From: Oscillospiraceae bacterium
Lineage (GTDB): Bacteria; Bacillota; Clostridia; Oscillospirales; Oscillospiraceae
Assembly: GCA_020025535.1 (NCBI GenBank)
Contig: JAHHRY010000007.1
Location: 12,630-76,629, forward strand
Direction of reading: 5' to 3'
Length of the DNA stretch: 64,000 nucleotides
The notes beneath the pieces are model-generated. The model was not told where the DNA came from and did no database searches. It saw nothing but the letters and a program-made list of their open reading frames with translations. Every line of letters begins with the position of its first letter. The stretch's first letter is position 1. Shown here piece by piece: positions 60,221-64,000 of this stretch. Made by a program: the position numbers and the translations under genes.

Positions 60221-61018
60221 ATGAAAACAGCATTATCAATCGCTGGCAGTGACTGCAGCGGAGGCGCCGGGATTCAGGCCGATTTGAAAACAATGACCAT
60301 GAATGGTGTTTATGCCATGAGTGCCATAACGGCACTTACGGCGCAGAACACAACCGGCGTCACAGGAATTCTGGAGGTCACTCCGGAGTTTTTACAACAG
60401 CAAATCGATGCGATATTCACGGATATTCGCCCCGATGCTGTGAAAATCGGCATGGTATCTTCTGTAAAACTGATCGAGACCATCGCTGAAAGGCTTCGCT
60501 TCTACAAGGCGGAAAATATCGTGGTGGACCCTGTGATGGTGGCTACCAGCGGTTCCCGCCTGATTGAAGCCGATGCGGTGGCTACTCTGAAAAAGGAATT
60601 GCTTCCCATGGCTGCGGTGGTCACGCCCAACATCCCGGAGGCGGAGATCCTTTCCGGAATTTCCATCCATGGGGAAGAGGACATGACGGCCGCCGCCGAA
60701 ATCATCAGCAAGACCTACGGCTGCGCCGTACTGTGCAAGGGCGGTCACAGCATCAATGATGCCAATGATCTTCTCTATGCGGACGGTCATGCCCGGTGGT
60801 TTATGGGCAAGCGGATTCAGAATCCCAATACCCACGGAACCGGATGCACCCTGTCCAGCGCCATTGCCTCCAATCTGGCCAAGGGCTATGATCTGGAGAC
60901 CTCCGTACAGAGAGCCAAAGCCTATATTTCCGGCGCACTTTCGGCTATGCTGGATCTGGGCAGGGGCAGCGGCCCTATGAATCATGCGTTTGATCTGCAG
61001 GGAGAGTTCAGCTTATGA
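60221..61018 (+). CDS. thiD: Hydroxymethylpyrimidine/phosphomethylpyrimidine kinase
   Basis: Ribokinase-like fold motifs ('AGSDCSGGAGIQADL', 'GTGCTLSSAIA'). Confidence 0.9.
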   Translation: MKTALSIAGSDCSGGAGIQADLKTMTMNGVYAMSAITALTAQNTTGVTGILEVTPEFLQQQIDAIFTDIRPDAVKIGMVSSVKLIETIAERLRFYKAENIVVDPVMVATSGSRLIEADAVATLKKELLPMAAVVTPNIPEAEILSGISIHGEEDMTAAAEIISKTYGCAVLCKGGHSINDANDLLYADGHARWFMGKRIQNPNTHGTGCTLSSAIASNLAKGYDLETSVQRAKAYISGALSAMLDLGRGSGPMNHAFDLQGEFSL

Positions 61019-61626
61019 TGACAGCTACGTTTGCGGTTGTGTATACGCTGGGATACTTGGGCACTACGATTTGGCTGTGTCGCGGCCTGCGGATAACGCC
61101 CAAAGCTCTGTGTCTGGGTGCGATGGCCATTGCCATGACGCTGCTGCTGGGCTCCATTACCATTCCGCTGCCGACAGGCTGCGGAATCAGCTGCGGCTCC
61201 TGGCTTCCGCTGATGGTGCTGGCGCTGGTGTATGATTATCGTCTTGCCATGGTGTCCGGCGTTGCCTGCGGTATTCTGGCGCCTTTCCTGCTGCCCGGCT
61301 GGTCGCTGGTGCATTGGGCACAGTTCTTCATGGAATATCTGGTGGTTTTTTCCTCCATGGGATACGCCGGCGTGTTCGGGTTCAAAAAGCGGTACTATGT
61401 GATTCTGGGTATGCTCCTGGCGGTGTGCCTGCGGCTGGTTGCACAGGTGCTCAGCGGAGTGATTTTCTTTTCCCAGAACGCGTGGGACGGCTGGGGTGCA
61501 TGGGGATACAGTCTGGGCTTTCACCTGTCTGCCAAAATCCCCGAAAGCATTTTTACCGGACTGATTCTGATGATACTGCCGCTGAAACAGCTTTCCAAAT
61601 TTGCCAAGGGAGGAAATAACGTATGA
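61015..61626 (+). CDS. thiW: ECF-transporter S component ThiW-like (predicted thiazole transporter)
   Basis: ~200 aa polytopic membrane protein within the TPP-riboswitch-controlled operon. Confidence 0.55.
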   Translation: MMTATFAVVYTLGYLGTTIWLCRGLRITPKALCLGAMAIAMTLLLGSITIPLPTGCGISCGSWLPLMVLALVYDYRLAMVSGVACGILAPFLLPGWSLVHWAQFFMEYLVVFSSMGYAGVFGFKKRYYVILGMLLAVCLRLVAQVLSGVIFFSQNAWDGWGAWGYSLGFHLSAKIPESIFTGLILMILPLKQLSKFAKGGNNV

Positions 61627-62297
61627 GTTTTGTAGCAAAATGTGTGGAGGACAGCCTGCCGATCTGGGAACGGTGCCTGAATTCCGCATTCCTGACCAAA
61701 ATGGAAAACGGTACGCTGGAGGAAGACTGCTTTGCCGGCTATATCGTGGATGACAGCCTGTATCTGCGGGAGTATGCCAAGGTGTTTGCCTGGGGCATCG
61801 TAAATGCTCAGGACATGGAGGCAATGCGTACATTCTATTCGTTCCTTGCCTTTGTCAACGAAGGAGAAGGCTCTACCCGTCTAAAGTATCTGCACCACTA
61901 TGGCCTTGCGGATGAGGAGATTCAGAAGCTGCCCCAGCGGCCGGAAAACAAGGCGTATACCGACTGTATGCTTGACGGTGCCAGATACGGTGTGGCGGAA
62001 GCTATGATGGCCAGCCTGCCCTGTACGCTCAGCTACGGCTGGATTTTCCAAAGATTGGTGAAGCGTTCTCCCGGCGTGATGGATACGGTGTACGGTCCGC
62101 TGGTGCAGGATTACGCCAGCGATTCCTACGATGCCATCTGTGACCGCTGGATTGCCTTTGCTGACAAGGTCTGCCGGGATCTCCCGCAGGAGCGTCTGGA
62201 CCGATGCCTGAAGATTTTCCACGACTGTTCGGAGCATGAGCTGCAGTTCTGGAAAATGAGCGAGCGTCCCAGAACGGATCTGAAAATTCTGAAATAG
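61623..62297 (+). CDS. tenA: Thiaminase II / aminopyrimidine aminohydrolase
   Basis: TenA/THI-4 family features. Last gene of the operon, followed by a strong terminator. Confidence 0.75.
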   Translation: MSFVAKCVEDSLPIWERCLNSAFLTKMENGTLEEDCFAGYIVDDSLYLREYAKVFAWGIVNAQDMEAMRTFYSFLAFVNEGEGSTRLKYLHHYGLADEEIQKLPQRPENKAYTDCMLDGARYGVAEAMMASLPCTLSYGWIFQRLVKRSPGVMDTVYGPLVQDYASDSYDAICDRWIAFADKVCRDLPQERLDRCLKIFHDCSEHELQFWKMSERPRTDLKILK

Positions 62298-62302
62298 CAT
62301 GG

Positions 62303-62339
62303 TCTCCCCTGCAGAAATCTGCAGGGGAGGCTTTTTTTG
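62303..62339 (+). terminator. Intrinsic terminator of the thiamine operon
   Basis: ctcccctgcag-aaat-ctgcaggggag followed by T7. Confidence 0.75.
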
Positions 62340-62529
62340 ACTGCCTCTCGGGCAGGGGGGCGAGGACTGAGGACCGAGCCGTGTACTGCCCCGGGTTTCC
62401 GGTTCCCGGCTCAGCGGAGCGCATCCGCTGACGGGGGCGGCGTACACCGGGAAGACTCTCCGGCGCATGGAAGAGGCGTGCCTGACCTGCAGACTTTGAA
62501 CCTGTGCCGGGCCGCGGCGAAGGGGGTGA

Positions 62530-62839
62530 TATGATCTTCAATTCCGCAGGCAGACGCCCGGTGGTGATCGGCAAGCCCAGCCCTCTGAAGCCGCACCTGG
62601 CCATGGAGAGAAACGGCTACACCCGGGAAGAAACGGCTGTAGTCGGTGACCGGATCTATACGGATGTAAAATCCGGTCTGGACGCAAGCATTACCGGAAT
62701 TCTGGTGATGAGCGGTGAAACCACGGAACAGATTCCGGCAGAATCCATCCACAAGCCACATCTGGCACGGAAACACGCGAGAGATGCCTGCCGTCCTGAA
62801 ACAAAAGAAAAGCCCCGGCTCAATGCCTGGTACTGCTAA
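62530..62839 (+). pseudogene. C-terminal fragment of a HAD-IIA (NagD-like) hydrolase, probable gene remnant
   Basis: 'VIGKPSP...VGDRIYTDVKSGLDASITGILVMSGETT' is the HAD-IIA C-terminal motif set. There is no N-terminal half, and the upstream 190 bp is GC-rich and non-coding-looking. Confidence 0.45.
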
Positions 62840-62887
62840 GGACAGTTTGCTGAAATTCGTACAATGAGCATTGCAGCAGGACAAAAA

Positions 62888-62932
62888 ATGCCGAGAAGGA
62901 CTGTAAAAAAGTTCTTCTCGGCATTTTTATTT
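62888..62932. terminator. Bidirectional intrinsic terminator
   Basis: atgccgagaag-(loop)-cttctcggcat followed by ttttatttt. Serves the convergent kinase gene. Confidence 0.65.
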
Positions 62933-63092
62933 TGATGAATCAAGTCAAACAGAGAAATTCTATTTTTTCTGCTTGTAAGGGCAAAAGCAAGGGAATTTAT
63001 ATTTGTTATGAAGTTTCAAGGAGTAAAAAGCCTTGGAAACACAGGGGGTGCAGAGGGCTTGTCAGGTAAAATCGAATCACTCTACCACTTCT

Positions 63093-64000
63093 TTAGACCA
63101 AATTTACCCAGTTTTCCACTTTCTGCTGGAACTTTATAACCACAACGCCGCCGTTAGCACTGTTGCTCAGTTGAATCTGCCCGGCGTGATTTTGGATGAC
63201 CTGGGATGCAAACCATAGCCCCAGACCATTATGCCCCGTAGATGCTCTTGCGCTGTCTCCACGCCACAGGCGCTCTGTTGCATGAAGAATTGCAGCCTTA
63301 TTGAAACCGGGTCCTTCATCCCGCACAGCGACCTGCCATCCGTCTTCGACCATGGTGCCTTCCAGTGTAACAGTTCCACCTTCAGGGGTATATTCCACGG
63401 CGTTCTGTACCACATTGCCGATTGCACGGAGCAGATGATGCCTTTGCATCGTCACACATCCGCTCAAATGATTGAGAGACGCTAAATTGATCTGTCCTGC
63501 CTGTGCCACAGGTTTCGCATTCCGGCACAGCTCCGCAAAAAACGCTTCCAGTGAGGTACATTCAAATGGCTCGTCTTCTCCACGAGAAGCTTCCAGCAAA
63601 CTGCTCACATACTGTTTTGCCCGACCATTACTCTCCAAAATGGTTTCGACCATCTTTTTGTGTTCATCTTTCAAATCCTCTTCCAGAAGAAGCTCTGCAT
63701 TTCCTCCGATCAAAGTAATCGGTGTTTTCAAATCATGTGCCAGAGCGGCCATTTCAGAATCTCGCTGCTGCTGCGCCGCCCACTGAGAACTGAGTGAAGA
63801 ATAGAGGGCCTGTCGCATCTGCTCCATCGCATTGAGCGCCTGGTCAAACTCTTTGATTCCGGCATATGGCATCGGGAAGTCCAGCTCCTGAGCGCCTACT
63901 TTTTCACTCACATCACGGAACAACTGGATTTTTGCCACCAACCGGCTCCGAAGCCACATGGCATTCAGCAGCCAGCAAAGCATACAGGCAATTCCAAGTG
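63093..64000 (-). CDS. Sensor histidine kinase (HisKA + HATPase_c), N-terminus beyond the window
   Basis: H-box 'LAHDLKTPITLI', N/G-box ('VVQNAVEYT', 'GLGLWFASQVI'). The frame runs off the window end. Confidence 0.8.
   Translation of the reverse strand, partial: LGIACMLCWLLNAMWLRSRLVAKIQLFRDVSEKVGAQELDFPMPYAGIKEFDQALNAMEQMRQALYSSLSSQWAAQQQRDSEMAALAHDLKTPITLIGGNAELLLEEDLKDEHKKMVETILESNGRAKQYVSSLLEASRGEDEPFECTSLEAFFAELCRNAKPVAQAGQINLASLNHLSGCVTMQRHHLLRAIGNVVQNAVEYTPEGGTVTLEGTMVEDGWQVAVRDEGPGFNKAAILHATERLWRGDSARASTGHNGLGLWFASQVIQNHAGQIQLSNSANGGVVVIKFQQKVENWVNLV

Overview
This 64 kb window comes from a Firmicutes/Clostridia-like chromosome and falls into two parts.

Positions 1 to about 27,700 look like an integrative mobilizable element that has no conjugation machinery of its own. 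It carries a tyrosine integrase and excisionase at the left end, a ParB-like protein, a MOB relaxase, MobC and an inverted-repeat cluster that could be oriT. It also encodes a ParM/ParR-like segregation pair, a sigma-70-like factor and a frameshifted tnpV. Its cargo is a low-GC defense island. That island holds a complete Type I R-M system (hsdM, hsdS, hsdR) split in two by two embedded genes: an OLD-family ATPase/TOPRIM nuclease and an AlbA_2/HATPase_c_4 (Schlafen-like) protein. Between those embedded genes and hsdR lies a 940 bp extremely AT-rich spacer containing a small hydrophobic ORF. Downstream of hsdR come a DUF45/M48-type metallopeptidase and a DUF262/DUF1524 (GmrSD-like) Type IV restriction enzyme. 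The island ends with a translationally coupled pair of genes with no recognisable domains: a roughly 380 aa Cys-rich protein and a lipoprotein. That pair is the best candidate here for an undescribed defense or conflict module.

From about 28,000 onward the GC content is higher and the genes look like core chromosome:
- a Na+/H+ antiporter;
- a pabA-pabB-pabC operon followed by a DAHP-synthase homolog whose catalytic motifs are degenerate, so it is probably a pseudoenzyme;
- a cluster of zinc-ribbon, TM2, TPM and SPFH membrane proteins;
- nrdG-nrdD preceded by two NrdR boxes;
- MerR and MarR regulators and a MATE exporter;
- a ChvE/GguAB-type sugar ABC transporter with an AraC regulator, xylulokinase, a DUF4867 protein and a FucI-like isomerase;
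- a TPP riboswitch controlling a 10-gene thiamine operon (thiS, thiF, thiG, thiH, tenI-like, thiE, a HAD hydrolase, thiD, thiW, tenA);
- a truncated HAD-IIA remnant;
- a partial sensor histidine kinase.

No rRNA, tRNA or CRISPR array was seen. All protein identifications rest on conserved motifs read by eye, and none has been checked by a database search.
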